A DNA stretch of 63,929 nucleotides, filler included, from Polymyxa betae A26-41 (lineage: Eukaryota > Protista > Endomyxa: Phytomyxea): NCBI GenBank assembly GCA_003693705.1. It is 10 parts of 10 records of this genome, joined end to end, with 100 filler letters (N's around TTAATTAATTAA, not from the genome) between each part and the next. Parts side by side here need not be neighbours in the genome. Positions count along the whole stretch, not along the records: positions 45,834 to 51,790 come from RBZT01000317.1; positions 51,891 to 57,668 come from RBZT01000896.1; positions 57,769 to 61,567 come from RBZT01000647.1; 7 more parts are not named here. One strand, 5' to 3'. The position numbers and the translations under genes were made by a program. Under the pieces are notes generated by a model. It was given only the letters and a program-made list of their open reading frames with translations. It was not told where the DNA came from and searched no databases. Of this stretch, positions 50,249 to 61,667 are shown piece after piece; positions within the stretch are counted from its first letter, which is position 1; each line of letters starts with the position of its first letter.

Positions 50249-51075
50249 ATGAGAGGAGGGATCGTTGCTGATGGAAAATTTCAGAATCTGCTGCTTATGG
50301 TTTAAAAATTTGGGTTTTAGATACGGGACTCGGCAAAACTGCTCAAATGATCGCTTTGATTCTCACCTCGTTGCCATCGGAGTCAGCTTTAAAACAGTCA
50401 CAACCTGAACTTCCGCTCCATTTGAATCCAAACGCTGAATCCTACATGGTTAAAACCGTCTCCGCGACCACTTTGATTGTGTGTCCTCTAGTCTTCGTCA
50501 ACCAGGCAAATATATCAATTTCATTTATTAATTGGCTGTTCTGACTTTCCTTAGTGGCATCAGAAAATTCAACGACATACCGTCCCAAACAGTCTTCCAG
50601 TTCATATCCACCATGGACATAGTCAGCTTGAGGACGTTTTAAAAGCAACCGAGTTTGAAGTTATAATTACGACATACCATGTTTGGAATGTAATCGAGGC
50701 TTCAACGCTTTAATCTTCGGAGCCAGACAGTATTATCGTCAGGGTTGCTGGATGCTATTCATTGGTTTTTCGAATTGTTCTTGATGTATGTATCGTAACT
50801 TGTTTCGAAAACCAGATTTAACTATGGAATCTGGTAGGAAGCGCTCGTTATCAAGAACCACAATACTGCCATCGCAAAGGCCGTTTTTGGTCCAGAATCG
50901 CAAACGAGGTAGCTATACGTTGGTGGCCTTCCCAATCTGATGCTGAAATTTATTTGTGTAACAGGTGGTTAATGTTAGGTAATGTCTCAATATCGCCATT
51001 TGTTCTTCTTGATTTGTGTATTTATGTTATCGATTTAGCGATTCCCTTTCAGAACGAATTACGAGAAATGTTTTC
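50249..51075 (+). pseudogene. SNF2-family (RAD5/RAD16-like) ATPase N-terminal fragment
   Basis: RGGIVAD|..GLGKTAQMIALI, TTLIVCP, VIITTY, FRIVLD|EA.VIKN, PFQNELREMFS across short introns. Confidence 0.85.
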
Positions 51076-51370
51076 GGCGTTTCCGTTACTTTCCTTTCTG
51101 CGACGAACGTGACTGGGTTTCGCTCTTCGGTGAGCCCCAACCGTTAAAAATTCGCTCAAAGTTTTCTTATGAACGGTTTGTGTAAATCATTGAGGACCTT
51201 TGAAGGAGATTATAGCGCATTTCGATGTCGGGATGGATTCTTCGCTGCCAGTCTGCAGTCACTGAACCTCCCAATATCGATTCCAAGTTGGATCGTCGCG
51301 GATTTGTTTATCTTTCGCATATGCTCATACACCAAGCTAAAAAGCATAAGGTATGCAAGAGCTTTACTCT

Positions 51371-51495
51371 TTGATTAAGGCATCAACTAAGGTAATTCTA
51401 TCCACTTGAGTGATTGAAATTGGAAAACCGACTTGTGCTTCTTATAGGCTCCCATCATGTACATTTGTAATGACAGAAATAGTCCTAAGGTCAAG
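51371..51495 (+). pseudogene. Replication factor C large subunit (RFC1-like) fragment
   Basis: LIKASTK|APIMYICNDRNSPKVK after splicing 51392-51447; resembles the RFC1 PIICICNDR motif. Confidence 0.6.
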
Positions 51496-51890
51496 CAAGA
51501 CCTTGGCAAATTATTGTATTTATTTACGATTCAGTAGGTATCCTTACTACTGAATTAAATGCTATTTTACATCCCTAAATCCTCCTTTGAAAGGCCGATG
51601 GCAAATCCGGCCGCTCAGAGGATTCTTTCTTTTGCTAAACGAGAAGGTACTTGATGTCTTAGTGCTTTTCGATATCTTCTGACTCAATCTAAAGTTAAAT
51701 GTGTTGCTCGATCGTGATCGAAAGAGAAGGCCGTCCGCTGAGACCCTTCTGAAGTCGCTCTTTTGTATATACGCTTTCTTCGATATCTGANNNNNNNNNN
51801 NNNNNNNNNNNNNNNNNNNNNNNNNNNNNNNNNNTTAATTAATTAANNNNNNNNNNNNNNNNNNNNNNNNNNNNNNNNNNNNNNNNNNNN

Positions 51891-52857
51891 GTCACCGGTC
51901 TACTGTCGAATTCGTTTTTACAAGACGGTGTCCGAGACTGCAGTCTCGCAGCCCATTTTATCGGCCTGCTGGTCCGTGACGGCAACACCCCTCTGTCAGA
52001 CACGTTACAGGCCGTGAGACGCTCTTTGCCAAGTCCATCTCCGCATCCACGAATCCACACTACGCTCATTAACCGAATCCGCCAGTTATTGTTCGCTGTC
52101 CCGGACAACAACCGTCATCTCATCTTCGGAGACGTCATCGGACTTGCTCCGGACATTCGTAACGTCAATCACCTGGCCGTACTGGCCTTCATTCACGACC
52201 CCGTGCTCAGCCAGATTCTGAAATCTACGGACAATTGCGCCTTCGTCGCTGTCCGTCGCATTGCCAGGGCGCTGTTCCGCACGGCTCCGGGCGTCGTCCA
52301 GGCGCTGACGTACTGGACCCTGCAGAGCGAATTGCCGTATCTGTTCCGATCCGACGATCTCGATGTCGCTCGAGGTCTGCGGAATTGTTCACGGAGTTTG
52401 TTGGGCTGAAATTGGAGCTACAGATCGGCATTTGTACAGTTATCACTCGTTTGGTGATATGAAAAGGCTGCTGACAGCGTTGTCGTCGCGTAATACGATT
52501 TCCCCGAATGTCCGTCTGTTCCTGGACTGGACTTCTGTAAACCTTCCGATTCCCGAGGTTGTGCTTCCCAATTCTTATTTGGAACTTTCTTTTCATTTTA
52601 CTTTGATTTCTTCGTGCTGGTTATCTGAAATGGTTTTTTTGTTAAGGCTTCGATTGAACCGTGACTATCAGGCCGTGTCTGATACCTGCTGTATCTGCAT
52701 GGAGAAGATAACCGACGATATCTGCTGTGATCTGGAATGCCGCTGCCAGCTCGTCTTCCATGAAGAATGTCTGAAGCGATGGTTCGTCCAGCAGCCCACC
52801 TGCCCGACCTGTCGTCGAAGTAACCTGGAAGTCAATTTCAAGTTCATTTGTCAATAA
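51891..52857 (+). CDS. RING (C4HC3) protein, 5'-truncated by contig end; paralogue of 54191-56417
   Basis: Shared domain NHLAVLAFIHDP...IARALFRTAP; RING CCIC-x13-CRC-x4-HEECLKRW...CPTCR; intron with GTCTGC donor at the same site as in the paralogue. Confidence 0.85.
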
Positions 52858-54190
52858 TAAAGAACCTGCCACAATATCAATCATGTTTCAGTATTATCAT
52901 ACAACAGGCCACTTCTCATTTTTTCAAAATGCGCCTTCTCCCTTTAGTATTGTGGCTTTTGTTTTCAAGCGAGGACGTCTACAATATATCATTCAGAGAC
53001 TTGATTGGCTGTCATGAATCGTCACATATTATTGTATGCATTCTGGTGGATGAACTCCATTTGGGTGTGTAAGACTGGCCCTAGAACAAACAGTGAACGA
53101 ATATGAGGCTAAAAAACATCCGCAGGAAATCATAGTTGCAGATGCATTCGCGAAAATGCAAATTCAATCTGAGAAATCGCAAGACTCTCTCCAAGCACAG
53201 GAATATTCAGCTTATACCATTGGCACAATATGGATAGACAGAAGCTTCACTAAATCCGGCATTGAGGGTGAGATGGAGGAAGGCGCAGCAGCCATTAGTC
53301 AAGGACCCTCATATCACAATCTTCAAACTTCACATCAATATAGATCTGAAACAAGAACATGAACAATGTCATCTTTGAGAAAGAGATGATCGCCTTATAG
53401 GCGGGATTAGGGACTATTCTCTTACACTCATCTTCTGGATGATACATTCATAGCTTCTACATATCATGGGTACAGCAACCTTATACTTATTCTGCCAATT
53501 CTGATAGAGATCCTGATGTTGGATAAAGATTAGTATGAATGAGTCATGTCAGGATTCTACTTTATTAAATGGTTTCCATTCGGATCATGATCTCTTCCTC
53601 TCAATCGGAAATACCAAATTGTACGGACCGCAACTGAGTACAGACGCGATCCTCTTCGATCCTGTATTACTGCCTGGCAGTCTTAGGCCTTAGAGTTCAA
53701 GTCCGATCGCTGAGAGCTTTCCAAAATCGTCACAATGTAGTCCGACCCAATCCAACACGAAAGCATAACAACAATGAAAGAATGTTTATCATTGTTTATG
53801 TTACTCTACAGCAGAAGTGAAGTAACCTGAATTAGAATTTATTGTTAGACGATGGAATACCAGGGAGGCCAAACGCTCGGTAATTGATGGAAATTAGAGT
53901 TGTTGTATTGATTGAATAGTATCACGGATAGACAAGGGCTGGAATGTTCTACTCCTATGGAATCTGGTTGCTGTTGCCAGGGGAACCCTGACGATTTGGA
54001 CAGTCGGAGTCCCCGGAGGCCGCGCCGGTGTTTTCCACAGTATTGCGCTAGATGTGCGGATGGTGAGCATCAACAGAAGGGGATGAGTCGACCACCAACA
54101 GTCTCCAGATTCGTTTTGTCCAACATTCACTATTGATTCATAGAGGACGCCACGGACTGGGCAATTGACGAGATTTGACCAACCGATTTT

Positions 54191-56417
54191 ATGATCTGGT
54201 CTACACAACTGGTGCTGGTCGTGCTGGCTCTGCTTCTGAGCAGTGGCCTTCCTGCCTCACCTAATGCTGCTGATCGGATCTTGGAACCGGATCATCACGC
54301 TTATATTGTGAAGTTGATAGGCGATGTGCGCTATTACATGCAGCGTAGTTCGCATTCATCGTCCTGTAACATACATTGGGACTCTCTGCGGGATATGATA
54401 CAGAGCCTGCCGGCGTCCTCGATTATAACCTGGCATAACGGTGATTCGATACTTCTGGCATTGTCGGAGGCCGCTCTGAGACCTCAACCTGTCGATTGGG
54501 ACTTCTCGAAAACGCTGCGAGAGATTCCTCCATCTGCGCTTGCCAAACCAAATCATTACAAAGAGATCCAACTTGTCAGAAATCTGGTCAGGTATACAAG
54601 CTTAGTGAAAATTTTCCAGAAAATTTATCCCAAAACAGTATCAGTTTTTTTGATTCAATTTTTCCGCAAACGTTTTCTAGATTTTTGGCCAGCTATTTCT
54701 GTTAATGATAATGTTACAGGATCGGAAATTTCAGCTTTCATCCTGAATTTGCTCTCGAGTTGCTGTTTTCTCACGGTCAATGGTGAACTTCAACACTGTT
54801 CTAACGTCTGGTGAATAACACAATTCGTTAGGGTTTCCGATTCCAGCAGTGATCCCTATGTGTACTCTATCCTGCGTAATATTGATGGTCACACAAAATC
54901 CACATTTCTCTATAAATGTGTATTCCCGAGATGGTCTGTTTACGGAAATATTCATCTGAATCTTTGGTAACATTACTTGTGATCAACAGGATGATGTATT
55001 TTCGCAGTGGATCATGTCCGTACGGGCCCAAATTCGATTTTGTATTAGCTCGGACTGCTCAGCTGGCACTGATGTCCGAGCCCTTTAATGAAGATGTTCT
55101 AAGCAATGTCCCCGGTGCCCGCCCTACTGAAATGTTACATATGTGGCGTATCATTATCGAGGAGTCCGTCCTTTGCTTTAGAATCCATAACTTTCCCAAT
55201 TAACGAGAAATTTTGTATTTTTTAAATTCTTTCATATCTCAGATCCGCGCAGATCTGCTTAAATCTCTTCACGAATATTTCATTTTCATTATGTCTATTG
55301 CTCGATTTTGGCTTACTTTTTGTGGCAGATACTTAGATTATCGGTTCTATGTATTCCGCGATTTAATACTGGATGATGAAACAATCATCGCTAAACTGCT
55401 GGAATATTTCCCTGAGAATTGTGATTCTGCTCACATCAGTTTCACTTCAAATTTCATTGCTCATTCAGTACGCGCTAGCTACATTTCGATCGCAGAAATA
55501 CTCCAGCTCGTGAAGCAATATTTAACGTCAGACAATGCTCTGTCCTCGCTAATCACGCGGGTTTTAAGGCTATCCTCGCCTGGTAAAGCGCTCTACTTCG
55601 GACACGTCATTGGATACAATCCGAGGAAGTTCGGCGTCCACAACATCAATCATCTGGCTGTTCTGTCCTTTATTCATGACCCGACACTCCGCGCGATTGC
55701 CAAGTCCGACAACGATTGCGCGTCTCTCGCTGTGTGTAGCATTGCCCGAGCCTTGTTCCGCACCGCTCCCAGCGTCGTCCGGGCCCTAACCTTCTGGACC
55801 GCCGGCACCGCTCTATCGGCTTTCAAAACATCTCCCGAATTGGATTCTATCAAAGGTCTGCACATTGATCTGTTCCTTTGGCATCTCTAAATTTGGAATT
55901 ATAGAGCGACATTGGGATAGCAATGCATCGTCAGATGATATGAAGAGATTACTGAACGGGTTGCGCTCTCGAAAACAAAGGTCGCTCAAGGTCCGTAATT
56001 TCCTGCAGTGGACCTCAGAGCAAGTTGATGCTTCTTTGGATGAAACCTCACCTGATGCTTCTTTGGATGAGACTTCACCTAATACTGTAATGTTACATTG
56101 TGTCATCATTTCAAAATTTCACAGATTCAAACTGGATCTTTTGCTTTCATTCTCTATTGCCTAATTCGCTTTTTTTCCATATTTTAATCGTTTTCTTCTC
56201 TTCTAACAAGATGTGTTAGTGTGATGAATGTCCTATCTGTCTGGAGCCCACGACATTACAAGATTTGATACCGAAATGCAAATGCAATCAGAAATATCAC
56301 GCTGCCTGCCTGCATTCGTGGCTCGAACTTACACTCACTTGTCCGACATGTCGTACTGACATATCATACCTATCGCGAACAGACCCTTCTTATTTGCAAC
56401 AATTTCATCAGCAATAA
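54191..56417 (+). CDS. Candidate secreted RING (C4HC3) E3 ligase, multi-exon
   Basis: MIWSTQLVLVVLALLLSSGLPA signal peptide; NHLAVLSFIHDP...IARALFRTAP; last exon 56220-56417 CPICLEP...CKCNQKYHAACLHSW...CPTCR; 27-bp tandem repeat (DASLDETSP x2) near 56026-56080. Confidence 0.8.
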
Positions 56418-56899
56418 AGAATCTGGCAGATATACCTCCTGAGGTCTCCTGAATCTGAAGTCTCTAGATTCAAAAGCAAGATTTTAATATGTTGTTTGAT
56501 TACGTTCGCAGATTCCTCGAATTCTGAAAGTCTCCTGAATTGCAGAACGAACTGGCAGGTCCTTGTTCATCAATAACCGCTAAGCTTGCGCCATTCTCTG
56601 AGATGAGAATGTGAATCGGGAATTCAAGCAGGGTTATTCTTTTTACAACAATTCATGCCATTCGTCGTTCCATATACTGTTCTTCAAAATGCACAGTCAA
56701 AATCGCCTACTATCCCAGGCCCCGCTGGAAATTATTACCAGGGGATGCAAGATATGGGCTAGCGAAAAATTGCTTGACATCGTTTCGTGGAGTAGGATAT
56801 CATTTGAAACATGGGGGCAAGCAAACGAAAAATATGCAGATTTTTGATGCTATGTTTACCTAAAGTTGCCTGATCGACTATCTCATTGACTTATAGGCA

Positions 56900-57320
56900 A
56901 GGCCTAAGAGCGTTGAAGAGCTGTTCAATCTTCGCCACTCTTCGTTCAAGCTGATACTAGCCCTGTGTGCTCTGCATAACTTCATTCGAAGGCCAGGAGG
57001 CGATGACAAATTTGTGCAGCTTTATGATCAAGATCGGAAACTTTCAATCCAAAAGCGTAAAGTCTTGAATGCTGTACTGGTTCTATGTAAATGGGTGATT
57101 CGACAATTATGTACTGGCGGAAACGAATAGATGATACCATGTGGAGTGACAAACTTGAAGTGTAAACGGAAATGACTCTAAAATGATTGATGTCGTCTGT
57201 TTAAGGAGCCAGATATCTCTTGCTGCTCCCCTACGCATGGTCCAAGAGCTTCTTGCAATAATTTCATTCTCCATCATCTCACAGGCGATAGCCATTTCTT
57301 CATCAACACTTCATCTGAGT
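56900..57320. mobile_element. Harbinger remnant: transposase C-terminus (+) convergent with accessory ORF end (-)
   Basis: PKSVEELFNLRHSS and ALCALHNFIR on +; AIACEMMENEIIA...ARDIWL on -. Confidence 0.6.
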
Positions 57321-57919
57321 ATTACTGTTCGTGTATTTTAAGTGCCCGTTAGAGCGGATTCTTCAGATCGCGATTTCAGGTTACTACAAAATCTGGCAGC
57401 ACTTCAGTCAAATCGTAATCAATTGTGTTTTATTTCCAGCTCGAGTCCCAGCTTCATTCAGCTCAGTCCGTACGGACACCGTACGGACCTCTGGGAGTCG
57501 AGCCCATTATTATTAGAGTAGGTCTTCATACTTCATCAATGTTCGCATCTTTAGTACGCATCAGATTTATGCGTCAGTCTTCGAGTCTTATTGCGGACGC
57601 AGTTCCATCAAACTGCGTACGCTATTTTTTGGGAAAATCAGAAGTTTTATGTAATTTTTAATAAATCTNNNNNNNNNNNNNNNNNNNNNNNNNNNNNNNN
57701 NNNNNNNNNNNNTTAATTAATTAANNNNNNNNNNNNNNNNNNNNNNNNNNNNNNNNNNNNNNNNNNNNGATACAAACGGAAAACTGCTTTTTAAAACGAT
57801 GGTCGCCCTCCAGATACTACTGAAAGTCTGCTTGATGAACCACCCAAAAAAGCAGCAAAGAAAGCAGGACGACCTAGAGGGGCCAAGAATATTGCAAAAT
57901 GTCCCTTGACCACTTATCA

Positions 57920-59003
57920 ATCGTACAGCCACTTTAACAACACCTGTTACATAACTGCGTTACTTGAAATGTTAAGCGCGTCATTAACACGCATACAGTT
58001 ACCGACAGCAGGTAACATCCGTCTGTTATGGACCGGCGAAAATGTACCCACCCTATATAGGTTTTGACGGGAAGAGTATTTTCGTCAAACTTCTTGATCA
58101 TCTGCATTTAAGAGAAAAAAAATCAGCAAAGGAAGGCGCAGCTTTGACCAAAGAACTCAATCGCGGCTGCGACTTGATCGCAAACTGGATCATTTTTGAA
58201 CGAAACTTATTTGCTCCTGGGCAGTATGGGAATCCTTTCGAGGCTTTGTATCATATATTGCAAGACGTTCCGGCCGTTTTGCAGCCCAGTGTGATTTCTA
58301 AAGCACAGGTACATATATGCGTACGACATGTTGGCCTGGTTGGTACTTTGAATGATAGAAAAGTTTGATCTGTTCGAACGGACACGTTTTGAAGGTCGTT
58401 GATCTGAATTGGCCAATTTTGGTAAAACAACAAACCCCAACGATATTGCTAGCGACTAAGTGTCATACAGCACATCACGGATAGTATGATTGCCAGCAGC
58501 GGATCAATGTCTTTGCAGACAATTCTTGAAAAGCTAGCAGGTTCGGAAGGTGCTCAGTTCAGACTAGCAAGAAGCTGCCAGGATAAAGGATGCAATGAGG
58601 TGAATATACACTTAAATTTGAAACTTGCCCCGTTGTCGCTATGTAACTGAACGTTAACCAGGAGCTTGATGAGTACATCAAGATTGTAAATCTTCCATCT
58701 AATGTCTTGTTCATTGAGCTTGGATTGAGTGATGATCAGATGGAAAAACGATTGGGTACCATCGATTCGGGCAAAATTAATTGCCCTCAGAGAATCAGAG
58801 TCAACGACAATGATTGGATACTCACTGGAAGAATTAGTTCAACCAGTCAAGAAGGCAGTCACTTCAACGGACGAATATCTGGTGGATACTATTATTCCGA
58901 TGATCTTCACAATCAAGAAAGAGCGACACATGTTGACACGGATCTCTCGTTCCGGAAGTGGTCATATTACTTGGTGTATACCAAAAGCAGCGACACAATG
59001 TAA
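57920..59003 (+). pseudogene. USP/peptidase C19-like deubiquitinase domain (spliced, damaged)
   Basis: Cys box FNNTCYITALLEML; GQYGNPFEAL; IVNLPSNVLFIEL; His box WILTGRISSTSQEGSHF...YYYSDDL. Confidence 0.6.
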
Positions 59004-59094
59004 CGAGAATGCACATAGTCAGATGCAGAGTGAATACAGCATGAGAATATACAGCTGAAAGTATTATCTCAAGCTAGACTGTCTAGTAGTTCGC

Positions 59095-59302
59095 TAAAAT
59101 AGTTAGTGTCTAGCAAGCGCAGCCCACCATACAATTGTCGGGAGGCTGCGTTCAGCCTGTCTACCTAGGGTTTTTGTGCCAGTGTCAAGCCTGTCTACCT
59201 AATTCTGTAGCCCACCATTAAAAAGGTAGACAGGAAGAGGTAGACACCCTCGCATTTATCTGCCTGTCTACCTTTTGCCTGTCTACCTTTTTCTGTAGGC
59301 CC
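59095..59302. repeat. DNA-transposon-like terminus with subterminal TGTCTACC repeats
   Basis: At least six direct/inverted TGTCTACC or GGTAGACA copies; ends ...GTAGGCCC|TTAA. Confidence 0.65.
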
Positions 59303-59399
59303 TTAAAAAAAATTCTATTTGATACTGTGAAGACGAAAGATTCAATCGTCGATGACAAATTCGAATCCGCAAAGGGTGGGGAATTTCGGAGCGAAGCCA

Positions 59400-60304
59400 G
59401 TCACGATCGCATGCGGAACCGCAAAACCCGCGTTGGCGAACGGTTAGCGGCTCGGCCGCTAACCTGAAATGCCCGACTCTATAAAGATAAGGAATAAAAT
59501 GTACCCGAAGAATAATTGCTCTTTAAGGCCGGACAACGGTTTGACCGACCCGGTCAACCTTATGTCCGACCTCATTCACGATGGGAATTTGGTGAAATTA
59601 AATGCTGTATTGTGAAAGTTGAGAGTCATTTTCAGTGTTTTGAGTTGCACTTTGACTGACTCCAGCACCTTCTTTAATTCGTTTTTCGAATTGTTTTCCT
59701 TCAGGAAAACATGTTTGTATCGCCCACCCGGTCCAATTTTGAGTCAAATAAGAACAGTATCGATTGAGATTCTCGCGTAATGGTACTAATGGATCATAAT
59801 AATCGTTAAAGAACTCTTCAATTATGATTTGAGATTGTTTGTTGGAATCCTTTTTATTGTCCATCATAATCGAATACGATCGATGCGACGGCGTCCATTG
59901 GTGAGTATTTATCGACATTCTGAAGCTGAGTTGTAATCGCGCGTTTGAACGATTTTCTCTCGTTTTCGTCGCCGGGTTTATGGTGACATGAGTTCAATGC
60001 TTTACTTATATCGTTGCGTTCGCGTCCGGTGAGTTTGTTGTTGCGATATGTGGGCAGCCTCTTTTTCGCGGCGATTGGTCGAACAGGGTGTTCGCGCATC
60101 GCCATTTGATCAATCGTTTCAATGTCACTGTTGATAAGGTTTCAAATTAATCGAGATCTAAATGAATTATAGATGGTTGACGAACAGGGTTCGAAGGCAT
60201 ACTTAGAAAATGATGAAAAATGTCCGTCTCTATTCGGTCAAAAGCGGCCGAGCCGCTAACCGTTCGCCAACGCGGGTTTTGCGTTTCCGCAATGCGATGT
60301 GACC
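59400..60304. mobile_element. Element bounded by ~60-bp GC-rich inverted repeats enclosing an unknown minus-strand ORF
   Basis: GCGGAACCGCAAAACCCGCGTTGGCGAACGGTTAGCGGCTCGGCCGCT at ~59414-59460, reverse-complemented at ~60243-60290; ORFs 59598-59918 and 59854-60105. Confidence 0.7.
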
Positions 60305-60316
60305 ACAGTTCGCGGG

Positions 60317-60915
60317 CCTCCTACCTCGCTCGATCACCGACCCGCTGACGTACCCCGGTGATGTGCTCACAGTTGTCACAATCAGCGAAGCCACCTCTTT
60401 GTAAGGCCTGGAACAGGGCGAGGAAGGATTAACAAAGGCTACAAAGAAGCAGGCGAACAAAAATTAATAAGAATCGAATAGATTCGAAAATGATTGTATT
60501 TCGATAAACAGAGATAGCAAAGGTTCGAAGTTGTGAGACACAATACTTGAGTCAACAGGAACTTGGACACAATACTTGAGTCAACAGGAACTTGGAATTG
60601 ATGGTAGATGACTCATGAGGTAGCTTGGAAGCTGAACGGAAGTAGTGAATCATGCATGACCCTCTTACCTCGCTCGATCACCGACCCGCTGACGCGGGTA
60701 CCCCGGTGATGGGCTCACAGTTGTCACCCCAACGAAGCCACGGTCCATGCGTAAATGCCCTTCGAATTTGACGAATGTTCATTTTTCAGTGTAACGTAAA
60801 GTCCGCGGGCCAGTATGTTCCAGGTTGTCCCCAACGAAGACACAGACCACGCGTAAATCCCCTTGCCGAATTTGCATTTTTTCAGTGTAACGTAAAGTCC
60901 AAGGGCCTGTATGTA
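60317..60915. repeat. Two tandem repeat pairs (~80-bp and ~105-bp units), the first interrupted by a solo LTR
   Basis: CCTCYTACCTCGCTCGATCACCGACCCGC...CGAAGCCA x2; TTGTC(A)CCCCAACGAAG...CAGTGTAACGTAAAGTCC x2. Confidence 0.8.
60400..60661. mobile_element. Solo LTR
   Basis: TSD CTCTT at 60395-60399 and 60662-60666; matches 40419-40597; internal 29-bp tandem duplication ACACAATACTTGAGTCAACAGGAACTTGG. Confidence 0.85.
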
Positions 60916-61201
60916 CGAAGTTGGCCGAAACAGGCTCGAAAAACGGGACTTTTTCAATGTTTTTTGAGCAAAATACGTGATTGCACTTTATCGCTATAAC
61001 AATTTGTCAGGTCGTTGGCTGGTACAGTCGACGGAAACCCTAATTTGCAATATTCGTTTTTCGTACTGGCCCAACTCTGTCAATATTTGCGTGACGCCGA
61101 CGAAACTTTCCAAATCCACGCACTTTATGATACACTGTCGATTGTGGCAATCTGTCGTTCAAGCCTGAGACGATTGCACGAAGAAATAGTGAAGATGAAT
61201 C

Positions 61202-61567
61202 TGTATTAATTATATGCGTATTCAAGCCCTTAGTAAATCCAGAAATTCATCGGAGTTGATTGATAGCCAGAGTATGCGTAAATTAGAGCCATACAATATC
61301 CAATATTGTTACACTCCCCTTCTTCTCTTAAATCAATCTCCGAGAACAAGAAGCACCTGGGAAATTACAGTAAGCAGCGGCATTAAAAACCATCAGGGCT
61401 CTAATGGAAAAGCATGCCACTTAAAGCAAAGTCCACTTCTTAATACTCTCTAGGACCATGTCTGCCAAAGGGTGGCGAGACAACTTTAAACTCTTATGAT
61501 ACTTCTGGACTAAGACAGGAACATCTTTCCAGAGATTCTGTAAGGGCTCCCAAGTACTCTCTGTTTG
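61202..61567 (-). mobile_element. Ty3/gypsy 3' end: chromodomain tail, PPT, LTR start at 61313
   Basis: ESTWEPLQNLWKDVPVLV...HPLA; PPT AGAGAAGAAGGGGAG then TGTAAC. Confidence 0.75.
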
Positions 61568-61667
61568 NNNNNNNNNNNNNNNNNNNNNNNNNNNNNNNNN
61601 NNNNNNNNNNNTTAATTAATTAANNNNNNNNNNNNNNNNNNNNNNNNNNNNNNNNNNNNNNNNNNNN

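Noticed and set aside
53093-53600. Possible decayed RNase H (WIDRS; FEKEMIAL)
   Set aside because: Too degraded to call.
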